The notes under the pieces were generated by a model. The model searched no databases. It was not told the origin of the DNA and worked only from the letters and a program-made list of their open reading frames with translations. Shown here piece by piece: positions 32,009-43,629 of a DNA stretch of 47,175 nt. The stretch is from the NCBI GenBank assembly GCA_002269645.1, contig NIVC01002531.1, forward strand, positions 1-47,175, read 5' to 3'. Position 1 is the stretch's first letter; each line of letters opens with the position of its first letter. A program made the position numbers and the translations under genes. The DNA is from Macrostomum lignano. Lineage: Eukaryota.

Positions 32009-32949
32009 CATGCCCCCAGCCAATGTGACAGCCCCGGTGAGCACAGGCACAGTATCACTCACATGCCCCCAGCCAATGTGACAGCGCCGGTGAGCACAGG
32101 CACAGTATCACTCAAATGCCCCCAGCCAATGTGACAGCGCCGGTGAGCACAGGCACAGTATCACTCACATGCCCCCAGCCAATGTGACAGCGCCGGTGAG
32201 CACAGGCACAGTATCACTCACATGCCCCCAGCCAATGTGACAGCGCCGGTGAGCACAGGCACAGTATCACTCACATGCCCCCAGCCAATGTGACAGTGCC
32301 GGTGAGCACAGGCACAGTATCACTCACATGCCCCCAGCCAATGTGACAGTGCCGGTGAGCACAGGCACAGTATCACTCACATGCCCCCAGCCAATGTGAC
32401 AGTGCCGGTGAGCACAGGCACAGTATCACTCACATGCCCCCAGCCAATGTGACAGTGCCGGTGAGCACAGGCACAGTATCACTCACATGCCCCCAGCCAA
32501 TGTGACAGTACCGTTGAGCACAGGCACAGTATCACTCACATGCCCCCAGCCAATGTGACAGCCCCGGTGAGCACAGGCACAGTATCACTCACATGCCCCC
32601 AGCCAATGTGACAGTGCCGTTGAGCACAGGCACAGTATCACTCACATGCCCCCATCCAATGTGACAGCTCCGGTGAGCACAGGCACAGTATCACTCACAT
32701 GCCCCCAGCCAATGTGACAGTGCCGGTGAGCACAGGCACAGTATCACTCACATGCCCCCATCCAATGTGACAGCCCCGGTGAGCACAGGCACAGTATCAC
32801 TCACATGCCCCAGCCAATGTGACAGCGCCGGTGAGCACAGGCGCACAGTATCACTCACATGTCCCCAGCCAATGTGACAGCCCCGGTGAGCACAGGCACA
32901 GTATCACTCACATGCCCCCAGCCAATGTGACAGCGCCGGTGAGCACAGT
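32009..32949. repeat. 53 bp minisatellite, ~18 units, derived from the cytochrome b561 exon 3/intron 3 junction
   Basis: Minus-strand unit CTGTGCTCACCGGCGCTGTCACATTGGCTGGGGGCAT|GTGAGTGATACTGTGC. Confidence 0.95.
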
Positions 32950-33266
32950 CATGCAGGCCAGCCCCAGTATGACGGCCCCGCAGAAGCGGTGCAGGCGCAG
33001 CACGATGGCCCTGATGGGCGGGGAGCCGCCGGGGTACAGGAAGACAAGGAAGCCGGCGAGCCACTGGAGGCCGAACAGGGCGATGGTGCCGATGCCCAGC
33101 CAGGAGTGCAGGCTGAAGAAGTGCGCGTGAAGAAGGTCATTTTTGTGCTGGATGACGGCGACCAGGCCAGCGATGGTCATGCTGAAGGACATCAGGTTGA
33201 AGCAGGCGTGGGCGATCTTCACGGGCAGTTTGGGACGGTTTCGCATCAGGCGGTACAGAAGCATTC
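32912..33266 (-). CDS. Cytochrome b561 family protein, exon 3
   Basis: LLYRLMR, KIAHACF, FFSLHSWLG and RLHRFCG supply heme His ligands 2-4. Acceptor gccag; donor GTGAGT at 32911. Confidence 0.92.
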
Positions 33267-33557
33267 CTGGCATTGGGTGTGGCCGTTTTTTTAGCATCAC
33301 AGTGCACTCTAACGAGTCTAAAAACACTGCAACGAGATTTCCTAAATGCTTCCACTATGACGTCGGAGCAGTTCTGAAATAACAAACTGGTTCGACTGAC
33401 CTTGGAGCCACACCTGGTTGTTCATTTTTTTCATGCCTTTTATTGACCAAGAATGGTTTCCTTTTCTGAATGCAGTTGTCCCTGAGCCAATCACTACCGC
33501 AGTCACTTGGTCACTCGGCTAAGAGTACCGACTGAGGCAGCTGCCGTCTCCCCTCAC

Positions 33558-33699
33558 CTTTGCTGTTGAGATGCACGAGCGCAGTGGTCATGAACAGCGG
33601 GTGGAACTTGAACACGTGCTCCTTGTCCCAGGCAAAGCCGCTCTTGCCGAAGCTGTACAGAAAGACACCCAGCAGGGTCATCATGACCAGTCCGATCGC
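33558..33699 (-). CDS. Cytochrome b561 family protein, exon 2
   Basis: AIGLVMMTLLGVFLYSF...FKFHPLFMTTALVHL contains His ligand 1. Canonical AG/GT. Confidence 0.9.
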
Positions 33700-33859
33700 C
33701 TGCAGGGGCGAAGGAGAAGACTTTAACAAAAACTGGTATGACTCTGTTGGAAAACTCTTGCATGAAGTGTGCATATCCGTCACATACTTTGATAGTAGAT
33801 CCCTTTGAGTTGTGTTGTGTCAGGCAAAGATGAGAATAAAGATCCTTGTCTGCGCTCAC

Positions 33860-33958
33860 CTGCACCCCAGCGAATCCGGCCAGAAACCGACGGTAGGCGG
33901 AGCGAGAACTCGGCACCTCCGGCGGAATGTCCATCGTCTGGTAGTTGATCTCTGCCAT
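33860..33958 (-). CDS. Cytochrome b561 family protein, exon 1
   Basis: ATG 33958 (MAEINYQTM...FAGVQ), donor GTGAG. The four exons total 723 nt = 240 aa plus stop, with all phases consistent. Confidence 0.85.
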
Positions 33959-34427
33959 GGTTCGCTGTGCAGCAATTGCCAGCTAGATAGAAACCCGATC
34001 GAAGCTCTGCTTGCCTTAAACTTTTATCTGTCCCTTATCTTCAGGCAAGCTGGGCAAAACCTTGAGTGGACGACATGCTCTCGGAGACTTTCACCCGCCT
34101 CCCCCCCCCCCAGCCTGCAGCCAGCACCACCGAGCTCCAGCTGATACAGGGCACGTTGGCAGGCAGGCAGCCAGTGTGCAGGCGTCAGTGGGTGCTGCAA
34201 TCGCTCACGGCAATTATCAGCTTAGCGGGAGACCGCTTTGTGCCAGCTGGCTTGACCCACGGGCTTAAAGTCTTGAGCTTCGCAAAGTCCAATAGACAAG
34301 CTTGCTGGCATATCTACCCCCCCCCCCCCTATCAGCCGACGCAAGTGGGCAGAGACCAACTCTCAAGGCCTCGTATCAAGGCGCTTTTTATCTTTGCGAA
34401 CATTCTGTTCTTAGAGGGCTACCTTTG

Positions 34428-34540
34428 AAGGCATAGGGAAGAATAGGGAAGCATAGAGAAGCATAGGGAAGTATAGGGAAGAATAGAAAAGCATAGAGAA
34501 GCATAGGAAAGCATAGGGAAGCATAGAGAAGCATAGGAAA
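34428..34540. repeat. 10 bp tandem repeat (GAAGCATAGR)
   Basis: About 11 degenerate units. Confidence 0.9.
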
Positions 34541-35009
34541 GCTGCACAAGGCTGTGAGCTCAGAGGCCCAGTCAGTGTGTGATGGAACCGCAGTCTGTGT
34601 GTTGAGACCGGAAGTGTTTCAAACCGGTATTTAAACCCTTCGCTGTCTGAATATCTAGAAACCATTGAGCACATGTTGCCTCATGCTACTGTTAATACTC
34701 TGGTATGTCAGCTTTCTCGCAGATCACGGCCACAATGGACCTCCTGCTGAGAAGTCATCTGGTCTGTGCAACAGGAGCCCGACTGATCAGCCCTAAACAG
34801 CTAAGCAGAGTCCCCAATCCCCCCAGTCCCCTATAGGCCGTTACACCCCGCCCCCATGCTCAAATGCTCCCGAACGTCTGGATGGAGCCCCTGCTTCGGT
34901 AGAGTAAGAATGGGGGAATTCTAGAGTAAGAACGCCTGCTCATAAGGGGCGACTCCCAACAGCGCCAAAGGCAACAGGCAGGGCGGACACACAGCTACCG
35001 AATCAATCA

Positions 35010-38000
35010 GGGCTGGCGATCTGCAACCAGGAGCCTGGCATGTAATGTTGGGCTCAGCACACCTGTGTAGCATGAGACAAACCAGGCTTGCGAGCTAAGG
35101 CCTGCGATCCTACACAACTGCACCCCCTCTATTCTGGTGCAGGAATGGTAGGGGAACTCTCCAAGCTGACTCACAAGCCGACCCAGGGGTTCGCGTCTCG
35201 CATGTGTTCAAGGCAGCTTCAGGGCTGCTGGACTGACTGGGCTCCTGCGGCGGCAAGCCATCCGTGGCCTTGGCTTCTGTCTTGGCAGCTTTGGGTACTG
35301 GCTCGGCCCGGAAGTGAACCTGTGCGTATCAGGTACCTCTGACCACGGCTCTGAGGAGCAAGTATCACCCTCTGACCTTAACAGGGTATGCGGGTATGCG
35401 GCCAGTCCGCAGGCTCCGGGACAGCCTCTTGTCCCCTCAAGGGCCCAGTGTAGCAACGCGCTGATGGTCCTTTGGTTTGGCCTCTGGGTTCTCCAAGCCG
35501 GGCTCTTAGCCAGGGAGTTTCTCGATTGCTGGCCTTCGACTGGGGTACGGAGCTGGAAAACCTGTTTATCTACATGGAGGACGAGCGACCCCGGACACAC
35601 CGGCACCGTGCCTGGATTCCGGCTCGCAGCTCCATCCCCAAGGCCGATGAGCTGCGTCGCCTGCTAGTGGCTACCAATCCGGAGCTGCCGGCCAATGGCG
35701 TCGTACGAGGCTTAGTTCACGAGACCATCTCCAAGCCGGGCGGAGACGGTTTCACGGCTATTCTTTGACTGTCAGATAGTTGGATGCTCCGCTATCCGGA
35801 CATGTCCCTCATCTCTGTCGGGCTGATGCAGATTCAAATCTTCAGTTTTGAGTCTGACGCCACCCGCCCACCGCCCCCGGAGATCAATCGAGTGGGAGTG
35901 GCGAGTGGGAGCTCTGCCGGGGGGGGACGCCCAGGAAAAGAAGCTCCCGTTCGTCACGATCCCTCTGAGGACGTGGACCCCGTGAAAGCCGCAAAAGCTG
36001 CAGCAACAGGCGGACATGGAAAGGGCCGTAAACCCGCCCAGAACACTATCCACTCTGATTTGACTCAGTGCACGAAACAGCGGCTGGACACTGCCAAGGC
36101 TAACAACCGCAACAACCCCCAGCCCAGTGTCACCACTGCGGCCCCCAGGAAGACCGGGCCGAGCCTTCAACCATGGAGACCATCCGGGAAGAGTCCATGG
36201 AACTGGAGTCGGGAACCATCGGTGAGGCAGAAGAGACAGCTCTCTCGGCACAACTCGCCCTGAGCCAGCAGGAAGCTGCACGGAACACTCGTGGAATCGC
36301 CGGAGTGGAAATACTGCAGCTTAACCTGCACAACTGCATCGCGGCCTCGACCAACCTGATGCAGGTGGCAAACTTCGCGAAACCGGGCATCATACTGCTT
36401 CAGCAGCCCTGGACGAAGAAAGGTAAGATTCCGAATATTCCTGCTGGTTTTGACTGTTTTCAGGACCCCCCAAAACCCCAGAGCAGCCATTTTCGTGTCT
36501 ACCCATCTATCTCAAAGCTTGGCACAGACCGGACCGCAGAGAGACCTCTGTGTCATTCAGTCCAACCACATAATCACCAAACGCACGGTCATTATCGCCT
36601 CGATTTATATCCCTGGCAATGGCCCGCGGTTCCATCCACCCTAACCTCCCTCGTGGACTACTGCTCTGACCGCAGGTTCGAGCTGTTGGTGGCGAGCGAC
36701 GTCAACGCCCACCACACCCACTGGGGCAGTAATACCTCCAACAGCAGAGGCGAGGAACTCCTTGCTTACATCTGCACCACCAATAAGCGGGAAACCAGGA
36801 AAGCCAAGTCCGACAAGTGGCACCAACACTGCGCGGAATTAGAAGGCACCCGCCATACTTCACGCGTGGTCAAGGCTCTCACCCTCGACAAAAGGTCAAA
36901 GCTCTCAGTCATTAAAAGACCGGACGGCCGGCTCGCTGAGAACCCCGGGGAATCGCTGGACATCATGCTCACCAGCTCTTTCCCACTTGCCGCGCCGCAG
37001 CTAGGCCCACCGGACCACTCTCTGGGCGGACAGATCCTGGCTTCGACCATCATTACTAGAGAGAGGACGACTCGCGCCGCAAAACCCTTCTCTCCCTTCA
37101 AGTCACCGGGACCTGACAACATTTATCCTGCCTTCCTCCATGAGGCAGTTAAAAATGACAGGTTTCTCGGTCTCCTTTGCAACCTGTTCAAGGCCAGCAT
37201 TACCCTCGCGTACGTGCCAAAAGCCTGGCAAGAGGCCACGGTAGTCTTCATACCCAAGCCATGGAAGGGAGACTATCACTCTGCTAAAGCTTACCGCCCT
37301 ATCAGTCTGACGTCTTTCTTCCTCAAACTGAACGGCTGGTGCTCTGGTGCCTCCTCCTCGTGGAGCTGAGGAACTCCCCGCCCTCCCCCAGCCAGAACGC
37401 CTTTTGTCCTGGACGCTCCATCAAAAGTGCGCTGCATGCCATTGTCGACAAGCTGGAGCGCGCCGTGCTCGGCAGTGGATATGCGCTGTCGCTTTTCCTC
37501 GACATTGATGGTGCTTTCAATATTGTGTGCTCTTTGAAGCCTTTAAGCGGGCCCTGGAATTCCGGGCACGCACGAGCACCTCACCCGCTGGATCATGTAC
37601 TTGTACATGGTCTCCATCGGACTGCCATCTCGCACCTCCTTGGACACTCCCGCTCTGTGGAGGTCCAGAAAGGCGACCGCAAGGTGGGGTCATCAGCCCG
37701 ATTCTCTGGAACTTGTTCATGGATGAGCTGCTCTGCAGCCCGCATCCGGACCCAGTTCAGAGGTCGGCTATACGGATGATTTTACCCCCACTGCCGCTGG
37801 ACCATCAGCCGCGGTCCTCAGAGACCTCCAAGTCAATTCATCCACCGTGCCGAGCGCTGGGAACACAGCTGCGGTCTCAGGTTCTCTGAGTCTAAAACCG
37901 TGGCTATTATGTTCGCCAGCCGCCGAAACTGGAGGATCAAACCGCTCTCCTATGGCAAACCGTTACCATGGAGAGGCAAACCAGATGTCTGGGCGTCACC

Positions 38001-39205
38001 CTCGACCACAGGTTGAGCTGGACCCCACACGTTCAAACCAAAGCCCGCAAAGGTCTCGCGACTATCGCACAGATCCGCAGAGCTTTCGGCGCTACCTAAG
38101 GCCTCACCCCCGCCGCCTCTGGTGGATTTACATAGCCATCGTGAGACCGGCCATCTCCTTCGCCGGCTTCATTCGCTGGCCCCAGAGGTTAAAGGGGTTC
38201 TCGATGCTTTCAACAGGGTGCAAGGCCGCGCTTGTCGAGCTATCATAAGCGCGGCTCCCTCTATACCCTTTGCTGGCATGAGCTCCTTCCTTGACATTCC
38301 CCTCTTGACCTCTTTGTCAGAGGGGAGGCAATGAAGACCATCCGTCGTCTGCTTGACGCAGATGTCCCCATCCAGAAGCAGTTCGCCTTCAAAAAGCGGA
38401 ACCTCCGCGGCGACCTTAGCCTGCGAGACCTGGAAGCAGCGGGAGACCTGCTGACCCTCTCGGACGGAATCCCGTCCACGCTCTGCCCTCCGCTCAAATT
38501 CAAAACCAGCATTCCACCACGTCATGAAGCACGGGACAACTGGAAACCCCATGAAATCCACTGCTTCACGGACGCGTCCCAAATCAACTCCGCCTCTGGC
38601 TACGGTTACTGCATCGTGTCTGGAAGGAGAACTGTGGCGACCTTCTCCCTGCACACCGGCACCTGCTCCATTGTTTTCCAAAACGAAGTTCTCGCCATCA
38701 GCTCCTGCGCCATGGAGGTGTACAATCAGCGCGTCTGGGGGAAGGAGATTACCCTCCACTCGGACAGTCAAGCGGCGATTCACGCCCTTGAGCGCACCAC
38801 CACCTGCTCGCGTACAGTCCTCGACTGCATCGGGCAGCTCAACCGCTTAGGCGTCTCTAACAAGGTGTCTAAGTACTAAGGTGGATCCCTGGGCATTCGG
38901 GGCCACCCCGGCAACGAGTTGGCCGATTGCCTGTCCAAGGCTGGCTCGACCGGTTCTTTTACTGGTCCCCTGCCCGTGGCCCCCACCCCCACCGCCGTTG
39001 TCACCACTCGGATCAACCAGTGGGTGGCTTCTAAGCACAGGGAGAGGTGGGCTAACGCCCCCGACTGCCGGCAATCCCGCGCGGCTGTCCTCTGTCCTTC
39101 CTCCGCCCTGCGCAGGGCCCTGCTTGGACTCAACCGCAGGGACATCAGGGCGGTGACCATGGCCCTCTCAGGTCATGGCTGCTTTGCCAGGCAACGTTTG
39201 CTGGG
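35010..39205 (+). mobile_element. Decayed LOA-like LINE (second family), internally deleted and 3'-truncated
   Basis: ORF1 remnant (HRHRAWIPARS...LVATNPELP), APE (QLNLHNC, SDVNAHH), RT (YRPISLTSFFLK, LDIDGAF, PQGGVISP) and RNase H (FTDAS, HSDSQAA). APE jumps from YICTTN straight to KRETRKAK at ~36784. Many frameshifts; no tail or TSD found. Confidence 0.9.
35028..35247 (+). ncRNA. Candidate structured RNA in the LINE 5' UTR (copy B)
   Basis: Homologous to 20102-20340 with compensatory substitutions. Confidence 0.55.
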
Positions 39206-39881
39206 TACTGGCTGATTAACTATGCCATGACAGGAAGTTGCTGCAATGCTTGAATTCAATTATCGCTATAGAGGCATCCTGCGCCGCTAGGACTGTCCTG
39301 GAGATACGTATAGGTGTAAAAATCAGACAGCCCTAGCTATAGCTCTGCAACTTGAGAGAAAATTAACTTCAGGGGTTCAGAGGTAGAATGAATGCCTTTA
39401 GCAAGCTAGATAAAAATACTTTACTTTAAATTCTTGCCTTTTCGTAGAAGCCAATTATAAACATGACGCATGTATCATGGATATAAATAGGTGGCCTGGA
39501 CGGTTTCAAATTTATCCAAATATCAGTAAGCTAGCTAGCTTCAACCTCAGAACGCAGAGGCAGAACGACTACCTACCTATATCTGAGCCTTTTCGATCAG
39601 GCTCTTTACACCCGTATCTCTCCCAGCACGCTGGGTGTTCGCACTGAAGCTCCGCTGGCCAAACAGGCGCAGCCGGACCAAACTGGACTGGTTTCTGAGC
39701 GTACATTCGAGGCTGTGGCAAGCCAGTTTAACATAAATTAAGCCTGACCTCTGACTGTATGCGATAAGAAGCCACCAGCTGAAAGTATTTGATAAATTAG
39801 AGCTGCACACAAAGCGCTGAAGAAGTAGAAATTAGCTGGTCTAGTTTTTCATTCCAACTAGAGAAGCAATTCGCAATCAAG

Positions 39882-40970
39882 ATGCAGGTAAAAGTAAATT
39901 CTACACGAATTATGCTGCTACTAATAATGCTTTTGTTCTGTACTGCAACTGCAAATGGAGCATTGAGAAAGGAAAGAGTGCATGTGATCTTCATGAACCA
40001 CCTGGACGTCGGGTACAACGGAATTCCAGACACCGGCTACATTAACAATGTTCTGAATAGATACTTCCATGTGCACTTTCCGCAGGCACTCAGTCTGGTA
40101 AAGCAGATAAGAGAGGGAGGATTCAGAGAGAGATTCCGGTACACCACCCATCCGTGGCTCTTGGACATGTACCTGAACTGTCCTGACCTCACTCTTAACG
40201 GCATCCAGCTGCAGTGTCCAAACTCTACTGACCTGGAGGCGATGAAGGACGCGCTCACGCTGGGAGACGTTGTGTGGCACGCTGGACCAATGAACATGCA
40301 GATTGAGAACATGAACGGAGCCCTGCTAGAGGCCTCACTCAACATCAGCAGACGACTCGACGAGAAGTTCCAGCCAGAGAAGAAGATACGAGTTCTCAGT
40401 CAGCGCGATGTTCCAGGAATGACGAGTGCGGCGATTCCAGTGTTGAAGAAGAACAATATCGTGGCCGTGTCTGTTGGAGTCAACCCAGCCTCGTATCCTC
40501 CAGAAGTCACAAGGGAACCATTCGTGTGGTTGGACGAGTTGAGTCAAGAATCGATCGTCGGTATTTGGCACCCGGGAGGTTATCCCAACGACCCGGGAGA
40601 CAGTCCAGCGAATCCGGGCGGCATCAGCGTCAAGGACTGCAGCATGGTGAGCGGAGTACCAGAGATTCTCTGCTTCTCGTTTAGAACTGACAACCAGGGA
40701 CCTCCTCAGAGTGTTGCGGAAGTACTCAACTCATACGAGATACTGAGAGATCAGTTCAATGGAGCAGAGGTGATTGCATCGACGCTGGAGGACTTCGTAC
40801 AGGCCATTCTGCCCTACCAGAGTCTCATGCAGGTAGTGCGGACGGAAATCGGTGACACTTGGATCCAAGGAATCGCGTCGGATCCTCGCAAGATGGCGGA
40901 GTACCGAGCATTGAGTCGCGCATTCACGAGATGTCGCAGTGACGGAGCCTGTAGCGGGAACGACCCGCAG
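39882..40970 (+). CDS. Secreted DUF5054 / GH38-N-like protein, exon 1
   Basis: Signal peptide; HVIFMNHLDVGY, YTTHPWL, WHAGPMN, DVPGMT, DNQGP, EIGDTWIQGIASDPRK. Donor GTGAGT at 40971 (phase 0). Family assignment from recalled motifs. Confidence 0.8.
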
Positions 40971-41082
40971 GTGAGTAAAGCTTTTGAAGTTCTATTTAAG
41001 ACCAACACTCCTTAGAGGAGCTATAATGAAAACGAGTTAACATCACAAATCAATAACTCGGTGTCAAATTATCAAATCAAAG

Positions 41083-42192
41083 GTCCAGGACGCTGTTCGG
41101 TACATGATCAAGCCACCTGAGCACACCTGGGGTTTGCCGTCACAGCCGGATCAGAACAACTACAGGAATGTGGACTTCAACAAGGCTAGGAGCGGATCGG
41201 CTTACGTGCAGAATGAGAACGCGTGGCTCGAGCAGCGCATGTTTAACACTCTGGCAGTACAGGCAGCGAAGGGACACCCTCTCAGCAGCTACATGGCTCA
41301 GGAGATGAGTCAGCTCACTCCGACTCTGCCTGACATGACGGGATACGTGAAGCAGAGTCTTCAGCCCGACACGATATTCGAGTATGGCTACTATCGATTC
41401 AGCTTCTTTTCCGATGGTTCGATTGACCACCTGCAAATCAACGGAGGCCAGAGCTTTGCGAATCAGCGAGGCCGGCTTGCAAAGTTTGTATACCGCTCGT
41501 ACGATGAGCTGGACGACAACAAGCTGCTGCGGAGCTACGGAAACCCAGGCTACGGAAAGCCGAACATCACGGCCAACGCGAACCCGCTCAGTCTCGAGTG
41601 GCGTATGCTCGCCACCGATTTTTACCGCAAGCCGGACAACAGCAGCTTCGTGATCGTCGTTGCACCGGAGGACTCGCTCGCCGTCAGCGACTACGGCGCT
41701 CCGCAGAAGGTCTTCCTCACCTACAACTTCTCCAGCGGCATCGACGTCGACGTGCTCGTGTGGAACAAGACGTCCACTCGGATTGAGGAGGGCCTGTTCG
41801 TCGAGTTCCGAGCTTCTGCTGACATGGCCGACGCTCCAAACGCGTCGTGTCGGTGGCTGCTGAACAAGGTAGACGGGTACGTCGACCCGATGCGAGTGAC
41901 CTACGGCGGCTCCATCCTGCAGCACGCAATCAACGAGCACGCGGTTTTCTCCTGCGAGATGGGCGCCTCTAAGAAAGTACTGGTCGTGCAGTCGAAGGAC
42001 GTTCCGTTGGCTTGCCCGTTCAGCCGCTTCCAGGAGGCCAGCGTGTTCCCGTACCTCGACCGGCTGACTCGGGTCGACGGTGTCAGCTTTAACATCTACA
42101 ACAACGTGTGGATCACGAACTACATATTCTGGTACCCGTACCACACTGGAGACCAGAACTTCAAGGCTAGGTTTAGTCTGCTCGGGATGTGA
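41083..42192 (+). CDS. Secreted DUF5054 / GH38-N-like protein, exon 2
   Basis: Acceptor caaag at 41082; VQDAVRYMIKPPEHTWG...FNIYNNVWITNYIFWYP...FKARF. 112 bp intron; 732 aa total. Confidence 0.8.
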   Translation, partial: VQDAVRYMIKPPEHTWGLPSQPDQNNYRNVDFNKARSGSAYVQNENAWLEQRMFNTLAVQAAKGHPLSSYMAQEMSQLTPTLPDMTGYVKQSLQPDTIFEYGYYRFSFFSDGSIDHLQINGGQSFANQRGRLAKFVYRSYDELDDNKLLRSYGNPGYGKPNITANANPLSLEWRMLATDFYRKPDNSSFVIVVAPEDSLAVSDYGAPQKVFLTYNFSSGIDVDVLVWNKTSTRIEEGLFVEFRASADMADAPNASCRWLLNKVDGYVDPMRVTYGGSILQHAINEHAVFSCEMGASKKVLVVQSKDVPLACPFSRFQEASVFPYLDRLTRVDGVSFNIYNNVWITNYIFWYPYHTGDQNFKARFSLLGM

Positions 42193-43176
42193 CCTTTAAC
42201 CACTCGCAATATTTTAGGCTAATGCCGGAGGGAGACACTAAGTTGCAAAGAATTTACTAAATTTACTCATTGTACAGTGACAAAAATTTTGTCACTCTCC
42301 CGTTCTTTTTCTCCACGTTTCAATATCTTTTGCAGTAAACTGATCTGTTGTATTTACAAAGCTCTTAGCTTTCAACAGCTTTCATCCGGCTGTCAAGCAG
42401 AAGTCTGCTGAAATGTTTAAGCAATAAAAATTGGAGGATACTCGATCGTAAAGACTTAATTGAACAATTTTGACTCAAAATAAGTATTGTAAAAAAAGCC
42501 CCGTATTGTAAAACTGCTTGTATTCCAGCGAATAATTTAATTGCGCTAATGCCGTTCGTGCCACGTGGAGGAAGTATTCAAACATTTGTTATATATTTGT
42601 TGTGAGGCTCAAGGCAAGCCAAATAGCTGTCTCAACTAAATGGAAATTTAGTAAATCGAGTGGCCTTTAAAAATAAAATCTGCTGAGGAAGACTTCGGTG
42701 GTAAGTAAATTGTGAGAAAATCAAAGATATTGGGATTCGCTGACTGGCACACCTCCTACCATAGACATTGTGACGGATAAGCGTTGTAGAACTGTCCAGC
42801 ACCGTAACCGTTGGAGTTCGTTAAAACTGCCCCGGCAGGAAATTTGAAGGCCGAGAAAGCACAGGAGCAAAAATAAATTTGATAACTGAAAATCTGAAAC
42901 CAAAAATACAGAGAAAATTAGTTGCGCACCACATCATCCTATTCGGTACATTGAGGAAAACATTTGAGAACATAGGATGGTGTCTATCCTATCCAATCAG
43001 AAATAGTTCGGGTCCCGGAGTCCAAATTCGATTAATAAACTGCAGTTTATGGTCTGCCAGATCAAATGTGTTGGAGTGTTGTGTAGCGTGGTTTTAAAAA
43101 TACGAGTCTAATACGAGTATCTCATTGCTAGTCAAACACCCAGGTCTGGCGCCAACAGTTCGAGGGCCGCCAAGCT

Positions 43177-43528
43177 TCAAATCGCTGCTGAATACCAGCG
43201 CGTCAGGAACTCCACCACAGCATCCTCGCTGTCGCCGCACCGGGGGCACAGCGCCGCAGGTGGGAACTGCACCTTCGGGTGTTGTGGGTCTTCAGACGGC
43301 CGGCCGGCCAGGCGGTGGTTCACACGGTTGTGCAGCCGCCACAGCCACAGCAGCTCCTGGCGGGCCGGCATTGGCTCGGCTGGCAGGTCGGCCAATTCGC
43401 GGGGCGAAGTTGCGGCCGCAGTGGCTGCAGGAGAAGCAATTCACGATGAAGGCGCGCATGACTGGCGCCACAGGCTGCGCCACGGCGTCTCCGGTCTTCA
43501 AGCGCAGCGCTGTTAGGCTGTGAAACAG
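43177..43528 (-). CDS. QSOX: Sulfhydryl oxidase QSOX, exon 4 (Erv/ALR domain), one apparent +1 frameshift
   Basis: LFHSL...FSCSHC...WLWRLHNRVNHRL...DPQHPKVQFPPAALCPRC. One extra C in a C-run near 43401 breaks FARELAD. The true C-terminus is uncertain. Confidence 0.85.
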
Positions 43529-43629
43529 CTGCGAAGTGCCAGAGGGTCCAGGCAGTGGTCGGGATGAAAATAATTAGGAAAATCAACAAGGAGGATTCAA
43601 AACTGGCGACAAAAACACGCTGGACCCAC

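Noticed and set aside
34066-34428. 120 aa ORF upstream of cytochrome b561
   Set aside because: No recognisable domain or splice context; lies in the presumed promoter region.
42721-42903. Possible QSOX transmembrane terminal exon
   Set aside because: Hydrophobic stretch only; no convincing donor/acceptor pair links it to exon 4.
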